From assembly GCA_045601365.1 (NCBI GenBank), contig JAZRZN010000038.1, positions 2,407 to 66,406 of the forward strand: a stretch of DNA of 64,000 nucleotides, written 5' to 3'. The stretch is from Clostridia bacterium (GTDB taxonomy: Bacteria > Bacillota > Clostridia > Christensenellales > QALW01). Positions 10,469 to 19,196 of the stretch are shown one piece after another. A program made the translations under genes and the position numbers. A model generated the notes under the pieces. That model saw nothing but the letters and a program-made list of their open reading frames with translations, did not search any database and was not told where the DNA came from. Position 1 is the stretch's first letter; every line of letters starts with the position of its first letter.

Positions 10469-10792
10469 ATGATAGGAAAAAACGTGAACATAACTGTTGA
10501 CAGACCGCTCGGTAGTATCCATCCAAATCATAGTGACATAAAATATCCCATAAATTACGGATATATAAACGGGATCATTGCGCCTGACGGTGAAGAGCAA
10601 GACGCTTATATTCTCGGTGTGGATGTACCTTTAACAAATTTTACGGGTAAAGTTGTTGCCGTAATACATAGGCGGGATGATATTGAAGATAAATGGGTTG
10701 TCATTCCTGAAGGATACACGGTAACAAAAGAAGATATTATCAAAGCTACATATTTTCAAGAAAAATATTTTAACATTGAGATTATTATGTAA
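10469..10792 (+). CDS. Short inorganic-diphosphatase-like protein
   Basis: 'YPINYGYINGIIAPDGEEQDAYILG' resembles the family I PPase metal-binding core (YP.NYG..P....DGD.LD). Only about 107 aa. Confidence 0.6.
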   Translation: MIGKNVNITVDRPLGSIHPNHSDIKYPINYGYINGIIAPDGEEQDAYILGVDVPLTNFTGKVVAVIHRRDDIEDKWVVIPEGYTVTKEDIIKATYFQEKYFNIEIIM

Positions 10793-10899
10793 GACAAATC
10801 CCTGCTTGTCGGACTGAAATATCTTTGTCTCACAGCAAACAGGGAAATTATTATTTCCGAATAATGTAATATTGGATTTTTGAGGAAATGCGAAAAACT

Positions 10900-11835
10900 T
10901 TACATCATCATCCCGGCAAGCGCAAAGAAAAGCGGAATCGTTACTATTCCGAAAAGGTATGATATAAAGCATATGCGTGCGCTCTCGGAGGAATCGTATC
11001 CGGCACTCTCGGTGAACATAACGGTGTTCGCTCCGATTGGCATGGCGGTCACGATAAGCGGTATTGCAAAATACAGGTCCTTCAGCCTTAAGGCAAAAAG
11101 CAACAGCGCGAACAGCGTAGGAATGGCGATAAGCCGCATAAGCGTCACGAGGTATGCTTTCGGGCTTCGGAACAATTCCGAAAGCGAAAATTTGCCGAGG
11201 ACTACACCGATAAGGAGCATCGAAACGGGACTCATACAGCCCGATGCACCGCTGAGGATATCGTTTATCGGCTTCGGCAGAGTAAATCCTGAAAGACCTA
11301 TCGCAATGCCGATGACAAGCGCGATAATGGTAGGCGAAAGCAGGACTTTAAGCGCACCTTTGCTTTTTCCTACAAGCAAAAAATAGCCGAGCGAGGAAAT
11401 CGCCACGCTTGATGTGAGCATAACGACTATCGTTTTTGAAAGAAGACCGCCGCCGAAAACACCTTCAATTACGGGATAACCGAAATAGCCGTAATTGGCA
11501 AACGCGAAAATATATATCAGCGTGTTGCGCGGAACATCGCTTTTCTTAAAGAGCAGGCTGAACACAAATGCAACAGCCAGCTCGACGACGACTAATCCGA
11601 GCCCGAACAGAAAAAGCCCCGCGTTGCTTTTAAGCGTAGCAACAGTGAAATTCTGTGACAGATTGCATATCAGGTACGCCGGGTAGAACACATATGTTCC
11701 GAGCGTCGAAAGTACCGAAGGCGCTTTGTCACCCAAAAGCTTTTTCGACCTCATAAAATAGCCGATAAAGATAAATGCGAACAGCACAAGTACCTTTTGC
11801 AAAGTAAGTGACGCTGTCAACAACGTTTCATTCAA
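10900..11835 (-). CDS. AEC (auxin efflux carrier) family permease
   Basis: About 10 TM segments and AEC-like sequence. TTG start lies 9 nt after AGGTGG and overlaps the stop of the upstream gene. Confidence 0.85.
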   Translation of the reverse strand: MNETLLTASLTLQKVLVLFAFIFIGYFMRSKKLLGDKAPSVLSTLGTYVFYPAYLICNLSQNFTVATLKSNAGLFLFGLGLVVVELAVAFVFSLLFKKSDVPRNTLIYIFAFANYGYFGYPVIEGVFGGGLLSKTIVVMLTSSVAISSLGYFLLVGKSKGALKVLLSPTIIALVIGIAIGLSGFTLPKPINDILSGASGCMSPVSMLLIGVVLGKFSLSELFRSPKAYLVTLMRLIAIPTLFALLLFALRLKDLYFAIPLIVTAMPIGANTVMFTESAGYDSSESARICFISYLFGIVTIPLFFALAGMMM

Positions 11836-12811
11836 GCGTCAGCACCACCTTGCCGACGTTTTCACTTCTTTCCAAAATGGCGTGTGCTTCTTCCGCCTGC
11901 GCCATCGGCACCACTTTGTATATGTGCGGGCGGATATCTCCCGATTCTATTTTCGGAAAAACCTTTTCGACAAGTTCTGCAAGAATGAATGATTTGAAAT
12001 CAGGCGTGCGGTTGCGGAGCATGCTTCCGACAAGATGAAGTCCCTTTGTAAGCAAAGGACGGAGCTGTATTTCCGTCGTGATGCCCGCAAGCGTGGAGAT
12101 TACCACCCAATATCCGCCGCGTGCCATGAACGGCAGGCTTTCGCCCAAAACTTTGCCGGAAAGACAGTCCATCGCCACATTGATGGGATGGCCGTTCTCC
12201 GCTTCATGTGCAAGCACCTCGGCAACATTTTCAACAGCACTGTTTATTATTCTGTCCGCACCGAGGTCGGATATTTTTTTTGCGATCTCGTCCGACAGCA
12301 CACTCGTTATGACATATGCGCCGAACGCCTTTGCCATAGGTATGGCAACGCTCGCAAGTCCGCTTGCACCTGCGGGAATGAAAGCTGTCTGACCTTTTTC
12401 AAGGTGTCCTTCAATAAAAAGATTGAGGTATGACGTTGCGAATGCTTCGGGTATAGCCGCGGCTTCGGCAAAGCTTAAGCTGCGCGGCACGGGCATGAGC
12501 ATGTCGTATCTCACGGAGACCCTTTGCGCATAGCCGCCGCCTCCGAGCAGAGCGCATACTCTGTCGCCGATTGAATATTTGCACTTTTGCTTTGCGATGT
12601 CACCAATTTCGGTTATAATTCCCGAAATTTCAAGTCCCATCCACGGCGGACAGCCTTCGGGCGAAGGATATTTGCCCTGACGCTGAAGCAGGTCGGCACG
12701 GTTGAGCGCCGCGGCTTTTATTTCAACAAGCACTTCGTCGGGCTTTAAGACCGGGTCGGCAACCTCTGACCATACAAGATTTTTATCTTCGTCAATAAGC
12801 ATTGCGTACAT
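11828..12811 (-). CDS. NAD(P)H quinone oxidoreductase (MDR superfamily, PIG3-like)
   Basis: 'LNRADLLQRQGKYP' and 'GASGLASVAI' Rossmann motif. About 327 aa. Confidence 0.88.
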   Translation of the reverse strand: MYAMLIDEDKNLVWSEVADPVLKPDEVLVEIKAAALNRADLLQRQGKYPSPEGCPPWMGLEISGIITEIGDIAKQKCKYSIGDRVCALLGGGGYAQRVSVRYDMLMPVPRSLSFAEAAAIPEAFATSYLNLFIEGHLEKGQTAFIPAGASGLASVAIPMAKAFGAYVITSVLSDEIAKKISDLGADRIINSAVENVAEVLAHEAENGHPINVAMDCLSGKVLGESLPFMARGGYWVVISTLAGITTEIQLRPLLTKGLHLVGSMLRNRTPDFKSFILAELVEKVFPKIESGDIRPHIYKVVPMAQAEEAHAILERSENVGKVVLTLE

Positions 12812-12828
12812 ACAAACACACTCTCCGA

Positions 12829-13587
12829 TCAGTCACTGCCCTTTAATGAAAGGCTTCTGCCGCCGTCTATTATGTATGTCTGTCCCGTTATGAATCTCGC
12901 TTCGTCTGAGACCATGAACGCGGCAAGCTCGGAAATATCCTCGGCGGTACATTTTTCATGGAAAAGATTCGTGTCGAGCGCACGCGCGTCACCGCCCGTT
13001 TCCTCGGGGCGCATAACGATTCCCGGGGCAATGGCGTTGACGTTTATTTTGTATTCGCCGAGTTCCTTTGCAAGTGCCTTTGCAAAGGAGCTTATGCCGC
13101 CCTTTGCCGCGGCGTAATCAACACAGCCCTTACTGCCCATAAAACCGATGGTAGATGAATACAAAAGTATCTTTCCGCCGTCGCCCTGCGCTATCATCTG
13201 TCTCGCGGCGGCACGGCTCGCCCAGAATGCACCGAACAGATTGACTTTGAGTATGCGTTCGATGACCTCGTCGGACTGTTCTGTAAGCACCTTTGCCTGG
13301 CTTCTTGCACTTCCGCCGGCAACGTGGAGCATGATATCCAGCCTGCCGAATGTATCGACCGTCTTTTTAACAGCCTCATCCACGCTTGAAGAATTTGTTA
13401 CATCCGTTGGAATACCGATGACTTTGCCGCCGATATCGGTTATTTTCTTTACTGTTTTGCCGACGGTCTCCTCATTGATATCCGTTACGGCTACGCACGC
13501 GCCGAGCTGTGCGAGCTTTACGGCATTAGCCGAGCCGATGAAACCGCCCGCGCCTGTAATAAATACGACTTTTCCTGTGAAATCCAT
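12829..13587 (-). CDS. SDR family oxidoreductase
   Basis: 'ITGAGGFIGS' cofactor motif and 'YAAAKGG' (YxxxK) catalytic motif. Confidence 0.92.
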   Translation of the reverse strand: MDFTGKVVFITGAGGFIGSANAVKLAQLGACVAVTDINEETVGKTVKKITDIGGKVIGIPTDVTNSSSVDEAVKKTVDTFGRLDIMLHVAGGSARSQAKVLTEQSDEVIERILKVNLFGAFWASRAAARQMIAQGDGGKILLYSSTIGFMGSKGCVDYAAAKGGISSFAKALAKELGEYKINVNAIAPGIVMRPEETGGDARALDTNLFHEKCTAEDISELAAFMVSDEARFITGQTYIIDGGRSLSLKGSD

Positions 13588-13620
13588 GCTCTTATTCTCC
13601 TTTTATTTTTGTTTTTAATA

Positions 13621-14613
13621 TTATTTATCATTTGCACATATTTGCATAAGTACCTTTTGTACTAAGTATTCGTGCCTGTATGAGAATGGGTTTTCTTTTT
13701 CGCCCAAAATGTAATGATAGAAGTCATCTATCATTTCATCGTAGCGGCTATCCTTGGGAATATCACTTATATTAAGGATTCCTTTCATATCCTCATACGG
13801 ATCGGTTGCGATTTCCGGCGTTGAAAATGTTGCGTGTGTGATGTTTTCGATCGGCTTTATGTCGATACAGCCTTTCGTGCCGGAAATGACGAGCTGTCTG
13901 CGTCCCCAACCGTTCACTTCTACCGACGAAACGAATATCCTTACAAGCGCGTTGCCGTATTCAAGCACGGCGAGGTCGTTGTCGGCAAAATCAATTCCGT
14001 CAAAGCCCGTATGCTTCAAGAATGTTGTTAACCTGTCGGGCTCGCCCAAAAGATACACCGCGATATCGACAAGATGACTGCCGAGTATATACATTATACC
14101 GCCCTTGAAGCCGCTCAGCCATTCCTTATACTGCTTGCTGTGATATGTACTCATTTCGGCGTTTATCATCGTTATTTCGCCGAGTGTGCCGTTGCGTGCA
14201 AGCTCCAGCGCTTTTTTGACCGCGGGATTGTAACGGTACATGTACCCGAGCTGTACGGTAAGCTTTTTGCGCTCCGCGTCATCAAGAAGCTTTTTGTATT
14301 CCTCAAGTGTGCCGCTTGCGGGCTTATCCATGTGGATATGCTTGCCGGCGTCGATGCATCTTTGCGCGGTTTTGGTAAGATACGGTACCCCGGTTTCCAC
14401 CAATACCGCGTCGCATTTGTTTAACAGCTCATGCTCACTTATCCGCGTAAGCCTTGCGTATTGCGCTAAACCGCCGCGCTCTTTCAGCACTTGTTCGTTG
14501 TCCTCACAGAAGCCTATTATTTCGAACAGGTCGGGACGTTTTCTTGCCGCCGCCATAAGCGATGCCGCGTGATTATGTCCGATTCCGATTTGCCCGATTT
14601 TTATTTTTTGCAT
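13621..14613 (-). CDS. Gfo/Idh/MocA family oxidoreductase
   Basis: 'KIGQIGIGHNHA' N-terminal Rossmann motif. ATG 14613 lies 6 nt after GGAGA and forms a TAATG overlap with the upstream stop. Confidence 0.88.
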   Translation of the reverse strand: MQKIKIGQIGIGHNHAASLMAAARKRPDLFEIIGFCEDNEQVLKERGGLAQYARLTRISEHELLNKCDAVLVETGVPYLTKTAQRCIDAGKHIHMDKPASGTLEEYKKLLDDAERKKLTVQLGYMYRYNPAVKKALELARNGTLGEITMINAEMSTYHSKQYKEWLSGFKGGIMYILGSHLVDIAVYLLGEPDRLTTFLKHTGFDGIDFADNDLAVLEYGNALVRIFVSSVEVNGWGRRQLVISGTKGCIDIKPIENITHATFSTPEIATDPYEDMKGILNISDIPKDSRYDEMIDDFYHYILGEKENPFSYRHEYLVQKVLMQICANDK

Positions 14614-15446
14614 TATTGTCTCCATTCAAGTGTGTTTATTGCGTTCACGTACGAGTGAAGGTCAAGCTGTTCGAAATTCGCACTTGCGCTATAACGCTCT
14701 ATGCAAAACGCAAGGTGTGCGCCGAGCATGGGATTTATTATTCTTGTGATCCTTCCCTTTGCACCCGAGCAGTGATAATGTACCTTGCATGAAATCTCAT
14801 TTTTCAGTGTTATCATCGTGCGGAAACTTTCGGCAAGCTCATCGTCGGTATTGCACGGACAGACAAGCTTTATTATATCGGGCTTGCGTGTTGCTTCAAA
14901 ATACTTGCACAGTGAAACGGCTTCATCGGTGGAAAGATAAACTCCCGCATGGCATGAGAGAAGCACCTCGGTGCCGCGCGCGTGCAGTTTTTCGATAAAA
15001 GCGACTTGCTTTGCGACCGTTTCGGGGTCAAGTGCGACCTCGTTCGGCTTTTTACGGGCGAACAGCATTTCTTCCGTCGCGTATTCTTCACGGAATGAAG
15101 TTTTAACGTCTTTATTGAACGAATAGCCCTGCATATCGACAGCGGAAGCACCGGCTACGGAACCCATTTCAAGCAAAGCGATGCGGCTTTCCTCGTCGGA
15201 ATCATATGTTGCGTATTCGTATGTCTGGCTGTAATTCAAGGCGAGCAGCGGCAGACGCGATGACGATATTATTTCTTTTATACTTTCGACATTTTTGTAT
15301 TGTTCATCAAGGCACGAAAGATGAAGGTCGATTCCCGTCGCACCGGCACATTCACTGTTGCGTATTGCGGCTATCGCATCACGGACATTACGTTCTCTGA
15401 CCACGCTTGCCACAACGGGTGACGGGGCGTTTGCAAAAGATTTCAA
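14613..15446 (-). CDS. Type I 3-dehydroquinate dehydratase-like protein
   Basis: TTG 15446 lies 8 nt after AAGGAG, so the track's extension to 15575 is unlikely. 'VLLSCHAG' aligns with the His motif and 'PDIIKLVCP' with the Schiff-base Lys motif of AroD-type enzymes. Confidence 0.7.
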   Translation of the reverse strand: MKSFANAPSPVVASVVRERNVRDAIAAIRNSECAGATGIDLHLSCLDEQYKNVESIKEIISSSRLPLLALNYSQTYEYATYDSDEESRIALLEMGSVAGASAVDMQGYSFNKDVKTSFREEYATEEMLFARKKPNEVALDPETVAKQVAFIEKLHARGTEVLLSCHAGVYLSTDEAVSLCKYFEATRKPDIIKLVCPCNTDDELAESFRTMITLKNEISCKVHYHCSGAKGRITRIINPMLGAHLAFCIERYSASANFEQLDLHSYVNAINTLEWRQ

Positions 15447-15552
15447 TGTTATCAGCTCCTTTTTTGAATAAGTATAGCGCCTTTTGCGGGATATGTAAAT
15501 AGTTATAGTGATATTTTTATACATATTGATACTGAATTTTTGAATCACACAT

Positions 15553-15581
15553 TTGACATATCCAGATATTATCAATATAAT
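15553..15581 (+). promoter_or_regulatory. Sigma-A type promoter for the AraC regulator
   Basis: TTGACA, 17 nt spacer, TATAAT. Perfect consensus, 22 nt upstream of ATG 15603. Confidence 0.55.
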
Positions 15582-15602
15582 ACTAAAAAAGGGGCGGATA
15601 AC

Positions 15603-16385
15603 ATGAAGAATAATTTGTCTGAAATGATAATAACCGATGTCAAGGCATGCAACAGGATAAACCTACCTGCGGGCGCACATTCAAAGCGTAACGGACGTGA
15701 ACATTATGCCGTGGCGGTAAAATCAGTCGGAAGGACGGTGTATTTATATGACGGAAAAGAATATGTTTCAGACAAAGAGCATCTTGTGATTTTGCCCAAA
15801 AACATAAGCTACAGCTTCCTGATAGCGGAAGCAGGCGAATGCTGTATGATCGAATTTGATGTCGCGGAAGTAAATATGAATGAACCGGCTGTATTTACAT
15901 TGAGCAATGCCGATGAATTCGCAAAGCTCTTTCGCAGGGCGGAACGCGCACTTGCTTTCGGGAAGGAAAGCGGACGCCTTACGGCATTAAGTTGCCTGTA
16001 TTCGGTGCTTGCTCGTGCAGTGGAAGAAAGCGAGGGCGAGTACATGTCGCCAAGTGCATTTTCAAGGCTTGAGCCTGCTTTGCGTTATTTAGAGGAAAAT
16101 ATTTCACAAGGGAATATTTCCAATGCAGAGCTTGCACAAAAATGCGGGATAAGCTGTGTTTATTTCCGAAAACTGTTTTCTCAAAAATTCAACATGCCGC
16201 CGGCCAAATACATGATGATGCTGAAAATCAAAAGAGCAAAAGGACTGATGTTGAGTGATCACACGAGCATGAGTGATATTGCATTCACATGCGGATTTGC
16301 CGGAATCAGCCACTTTTCCAAGGCATTCAAAAGCTTTACGGGACTTACTCCGAGCCAATATAAACTGTCGTTACAAAAGAAATAA
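15603..16385 (+). CDS. AraC family transcriptional regulator
   Basis: ATG 15603 follows AAGGGG. C-terminal double HTH 'ISCVYFRKLF...ISHFSKAFKSFTGLTPSQY'. Divergent from the 10900..15446 operon. Confidence 0.9.
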   Translation: MKNNLSEMIITDVKACNRINLPAGAHSKRNGREHYAVAVKSVGRTVYLYDGKEYVSDKEHLVILPKNISYSFLIAEAGECCMIEFDVAEVNMNEPAVFTLSNADEFAKLFRRAERALAFGKESGRLTALSCLYSVLARAVEESEGEYMSPSAFSRLEPALRYLEENISQGNISNAELAQKCGISCVYFRKLFSQKFNMPPAKYMMMLKIKRAKGLMLSDHTSMSDIAFTCGFAGISHFSKAFKSFTGLTPSQYKLSLQKK

Positions 16386-16390
16386 CATTT

Positions 16391-16488
16391 TGTCGAACGA
16401 AAATTGCTAAAATTTTCCAAAAAACGGTTGCAATTTCTTATCATAAATGGTAAAATATGGCAGTAAAGTAAAAAAATACATCGTCGAA
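16391..16488 (+). promoter_or_regulatory. spo0A promoter region with 0A-box-like sites
   Basis: Perfect TGTCGAA at 16391..16397. TTGCAA (16428), 17 nt spacer, TAAAAT (16451). Near-box CGTCGAA at 16482..16488. Confidence 0.45.
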
Positions 16489-16521
16489 CGCTGAAAATGC
16501 GACGGCGGAGAAGGAGTAAGA

Positions 16522-17301
16522 ATGGAAAATACGAAAATTATGATCGTTGACGACAGTCAGGAGATACGGGAAAAGTTAAGCGTCATAGTGGAAAGCATGG
16601 ACAATGTATCTTTGTTGGGAACGGCGGCTAACGGCGTTACCGCGCTGGAGATGATAGCACGTCAAAAACCGGATATTTTACTGCTTGATATCATCATGCC
16701 GCAGCTTGACGGATTTGGGGTGATGGAATATCTGGCCGAAAAAGACATTATGCCGGATACGATAGTCATTTCTGCGCTGACACAGGAGAATTTCATATTC
16801 CGCGCGCTTAATCTTGGGGTAAAATACTTTATTGCGAAACCGTTCGACAGCGAAAACATCAAAACACGCATCAAGGATATCATTGCAATCCAGAAAGGGA
16901 TGCCGCTTGCGCATCCGTCACAGCCGGAGACGATCTCAAAACACGCAACGCTTGATGAACGAATAAGCAGTGTGTTCATTTCGATAGGTATTCCCGCGCA
17001 CATCAAGGGATATCACTTTTTACGCGAAGCCGTTAAAATGGTCATAGAAAATCCGGATTCGATCAATCGCATAACAAAGGAGCTTTATCCGGGTATAGCA
17101 AAGAAATTCAACACAAGCGCAAGCAAGGTGGAACGCGCGATACGGCACGCCATTGAAGTGGCATGGACACGCGGCAAGATCGAAAATATAAATCAGCTTT
17201 TCGGATTTAAGGTTTACGGTAAAAACGATAAGCCGACAAACGGTGAATTTATCGCTTTGATCGCGGACAAGCTGATACTTGATAAGATGGCTGTAAAATA
17301 A
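16522..17301 (+). CDS. spo0A: Sporulation master regulator Spo0A
   Basis: Receiver domain 'IMIVDDS..DILLLDIIMPQLDG'. Diagnostic Spo0A C-terminal 'IGIPAHIKGYHFLREAV...SKVERAIRHAIEVAW'. Confidence 0.97.
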   Translation: MENTKIMIVDDSQEIREKLSVIVESMDNVSLLGTAANGVTALEMIARQKPDILLLDIIMPQLDGFGVMEYLAEKDIMPDTIVISALTQENFIFRALNLGVKYFIAKPFDSENIKTRIKDIIAIQKGMPLAHPSQPETISKHATLDERISSVFISIGIPAHIKGYHFLREAVKMVIENPDSINRITKELYPGIAKKFNTSASKVERAIRHAIEVAWTRGKIENINQLFGFKVYGKNDKPTNGEFIALIADKLILDKMAVK

Positions 17302-17340
17302 TGTATGCCGAAATTCTGCGATTTTGATTTCGGCATACAT
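17301..17340. terminator. 14-bp perfect hairpin between spo0A and a convergent small ORF
   Basis: ATGTATGCCGAAAT, 12 nt loop, ATTTCGGCATACAT. The T-rich tail is only in the minus orientation. Confidence 0.5.
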
Positions 17341-17396
17341 TGAAACAACGGCGTGATTTTGCGGTCGGATCACATGCTGTCAACGTCGGAACGGTA

Positions 17397-17504
17397 CTAT
17401 TCGCGGTTTTCTTCCGAACGGTTTATCTGCATAAAGCACATCATTACAACACCGATCACTCCGCCGACCATAGCTCCGCAAAAAAACATCAGGACAGTAA
17501 GCAT
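17397..17504 (-). CDS. Candidate 35-aa single-TM small membrane protein
   Basis: Below the ORF-track cutoff. AAAGGA lies 9 nt before the ATG. Peptide 'MLTVLMFFCGAMVGGVIGVVMMCFMQINRSEENRE'. Flanked by two hairpins. Confidence 0.35.
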   Translation of the reverse strand: MLTVLMFFCGAMVGGVIGVVMMCFMQINRSEENRE

Positions 17505-17550
17505 ACCGTTCATTCCTTTCGATACGTTTGTTACACTAATATTGTACCGA

Positions 17551-17587
17551 AAAGTCCCTGCTTTATTACAAATAAAACAGGGACTTT
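17551..17587. terminator. Hairpin downstream of yebC
   Basis: AAAGTCCCTG, 17 nt loop, CAGGGACTTT, with T-tracts on both strands. Confidence 0.5.
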
Positions 17588-17612
17588 GAATTTTTTCAGT
17601 TTGAACGATGGC

Positions 17613-18359
17613 TTAGTCTTCTTCCTCTTCCTCGGGAAGCTCTGCGTTGTGATATACGTTTTGAACGTCATCATTGTCGTCGAACTGATCAAGCATCCAA
17701 TAGATTTTCTTAAGAACATCTTCCTGATTTACGGGAACGGTGTTCTGCGGTATCATGTCGAGCTGAGCATCAAGGAACGTATATCCTGCGTCCTCAAGAG
17801 CCTTGCGCACGGCGGAAAAATCATCGGGCGCGGTGTATATTTCGAATGTATCGTCGTTCGGCATGAAGTCCTCGGCACCGGCGTCAAGCGCACTCATCAT
17901 GAGTGTTTCTTCATCTGTTGAACCGTCATTTTCGATAACGATGACACCCTTTTTGTCGAACATCCATGAAACGCATCCGGTCGCACCCATCGAGCCGCCC
18001 GCCTTATCAAAGATATGGCGTATTTCACTCGCGGTACGGTTGCGGTTATCGGTAAGAATTTCGACAATGACAGCTACGCCGGCAGGACCGTAACCTTCGT
18101 ATGTAAGTTCGTCGTAGTTTACGCCGTCACCTTCGCCCGCCGCTTTTTTGATACTGCGTGAAATGGTGTCGTTAGGCATGTTGTTAGCCTTTGCCTTTGC
18201 AATGACATCGGCCAGCTTTGAGTTTACACTCGGATCGGGACCGCCTGATTTTACGGCAACGGCAAGCTCTCTGCCTATTTTTGTGAACACCTTGCCCTTC
18301 GCCGCATCTGTCTTTGCTTTTTTATTTTTGATATTTGCCCATTTTGAATGTCCTGACAT
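17613..18359 (-). CDS. yebC: YebC/PmpR family DNA-binding transcriptional regulator
   Basis: 'MSGHSKWANIKNKK' N-terminus is diagnostic. 248 aa. Confidence 0.95.
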   Translation of the reverse strand: MSGHSKWANIKNKKAKTDAAKGKVFTKIGRELAVAVKSGGPDPSVNSKLADVIAKAKANNMPNDTISRSIKKAAGEGDGVNYDELTYEGYGPAGVAVIVEILTDNRNRTASEIRHIFDKAGGSMGATGCVSWMFDKKGVIVIENDGSTDEETLMMSALDAGAEDFMPNDDTFEIYTAPDDFSAVRKALEDAGYTFLDAQLDMIPQNTVPVNQEDVLKKIYWMLDQFDDNDDVQNVYHNAELPEEEEED

Positions 18360-18371
18360 AACAATTCTCCT

Positions 18372-19133
18372 TTATTTTTTGAAAGTGAATCCGTATATGA
18401 GTATTCCTGCCGCAACGCTTGCGTTGAGCGATTCAGCTCCGCCGCGCATCGGCAATGAAATTTTTTCATCCGCGATATCAAGCACGGGCTGAGATATACC
18501 GTTGCCCTCGTTGCCGATGATAACGCAGTTTTTTTCGTTGTGCTTAAAGTCCGAAGAGTAAAAATCCGTACCGTCGAGTGCCGCGGCAAACACTGTGTAG
18601 CCATGCTTTTTCAACTCCGCAAGCGCCTGAACGGAATCATCCGCTATCATTACGGGGATATTGAATATCGAACTCATCGTCGCACGAACGGTTTTCGGAT
18701 TGAACAGCTCAACGCATTCCGGCGACAGTATCATCGCCGACGCACCTGCTGCGTCAGCCGTTCGGATAACGGTACCGAGATTGCCGGCATCCTGAAGCCT
18801 GTCAAGGAATACGGTCAGCCCGTTGAGCCCCTCAGCCGAAAAGGATGTATCGAACATTTTCGCCTGCGCAATGATGCCTTCGGGACTTGAGGTCTCGGAA
18901 AGTGCTTCGATAACGCGGTGCGAAACGCATATTATCTCGCAATCGGCATTTATACTGTCCAAAAAGCTTTCCTCGGCAAGTACACACTCAAACTGAACAC
19001 CGCGTGCCATAGCGTCAAGCACGGCACGTTTGCCTTCAATGAGATATGTTTTTGTGCTTTCCCTGCCTTTTTTGCTTTTGAGCGTTTTTAAGAATTTTAT
19101 ACGTTCATTTGACGTACTCGTAATAGCTTGCAT
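18372..19133 (-). CDS. TrmH/SpoU family RNA 2'-O-methyltransferase
   Basis: ATG 19133 lies 6 nt after GGAGA. SpoU motifs 'LDRLQDAGNLGTVIRTA', 'IIGNEGNGIS' and 'ESLNASVAAGI'. Confidence 0.88.
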   Translation of the reverse strand: MQAITSTSNERIKFLKTLKSKKGRESTKTYLIEGKRAVLDAMARGVQFECVLAEESFLDSINADCEIICVSHRVIEALSETSSPEGIIAQAKMFDTSFSAEGLNGLTVFLDRLQDAGNLGTVIRTADAAGASAMILSPECVELFNPKTVRATMSSIFNIPVMIADDSVQALAELKKHGYTVFAAALDGTDFYSSDFKHNEKNCVIIGNEGNGISQPVLDIADEKISLPMRGGAESLNASVAAGILIYGFTFKK

Positions 19134-19147
19134 TTTTTCTCCGAACA

Positions 19148-19186
19148 CAAAAAAGTGCGCAATACAGAGCTTGTCTGCATTGCGCG
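19148..19186 (-). terminator. Rho-independent terminator after rplT
   Basis: On the minus strand: GCGCAATGCAGA, loop, TCTGTATTGCGC, followed by ACTTTTTTG. Confidence 0.6.
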
Positions 19187-19196
19187 CAACTTTTTA

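Noticed and set aside
15447-15575. N-terminal extensions in the ORF track, for example the dehydroquinase-like gene to 15575, the DivIVA-like gene from 63084, AraC from 37667 and the SBP from 8217.
   Set aside because: The extensions lack an RBS, overlap neighbouring genes or promoters, and are not part of the recognisable protein families. In each case an internal start with a well-spaced Shine-Dalgarno was preferred.
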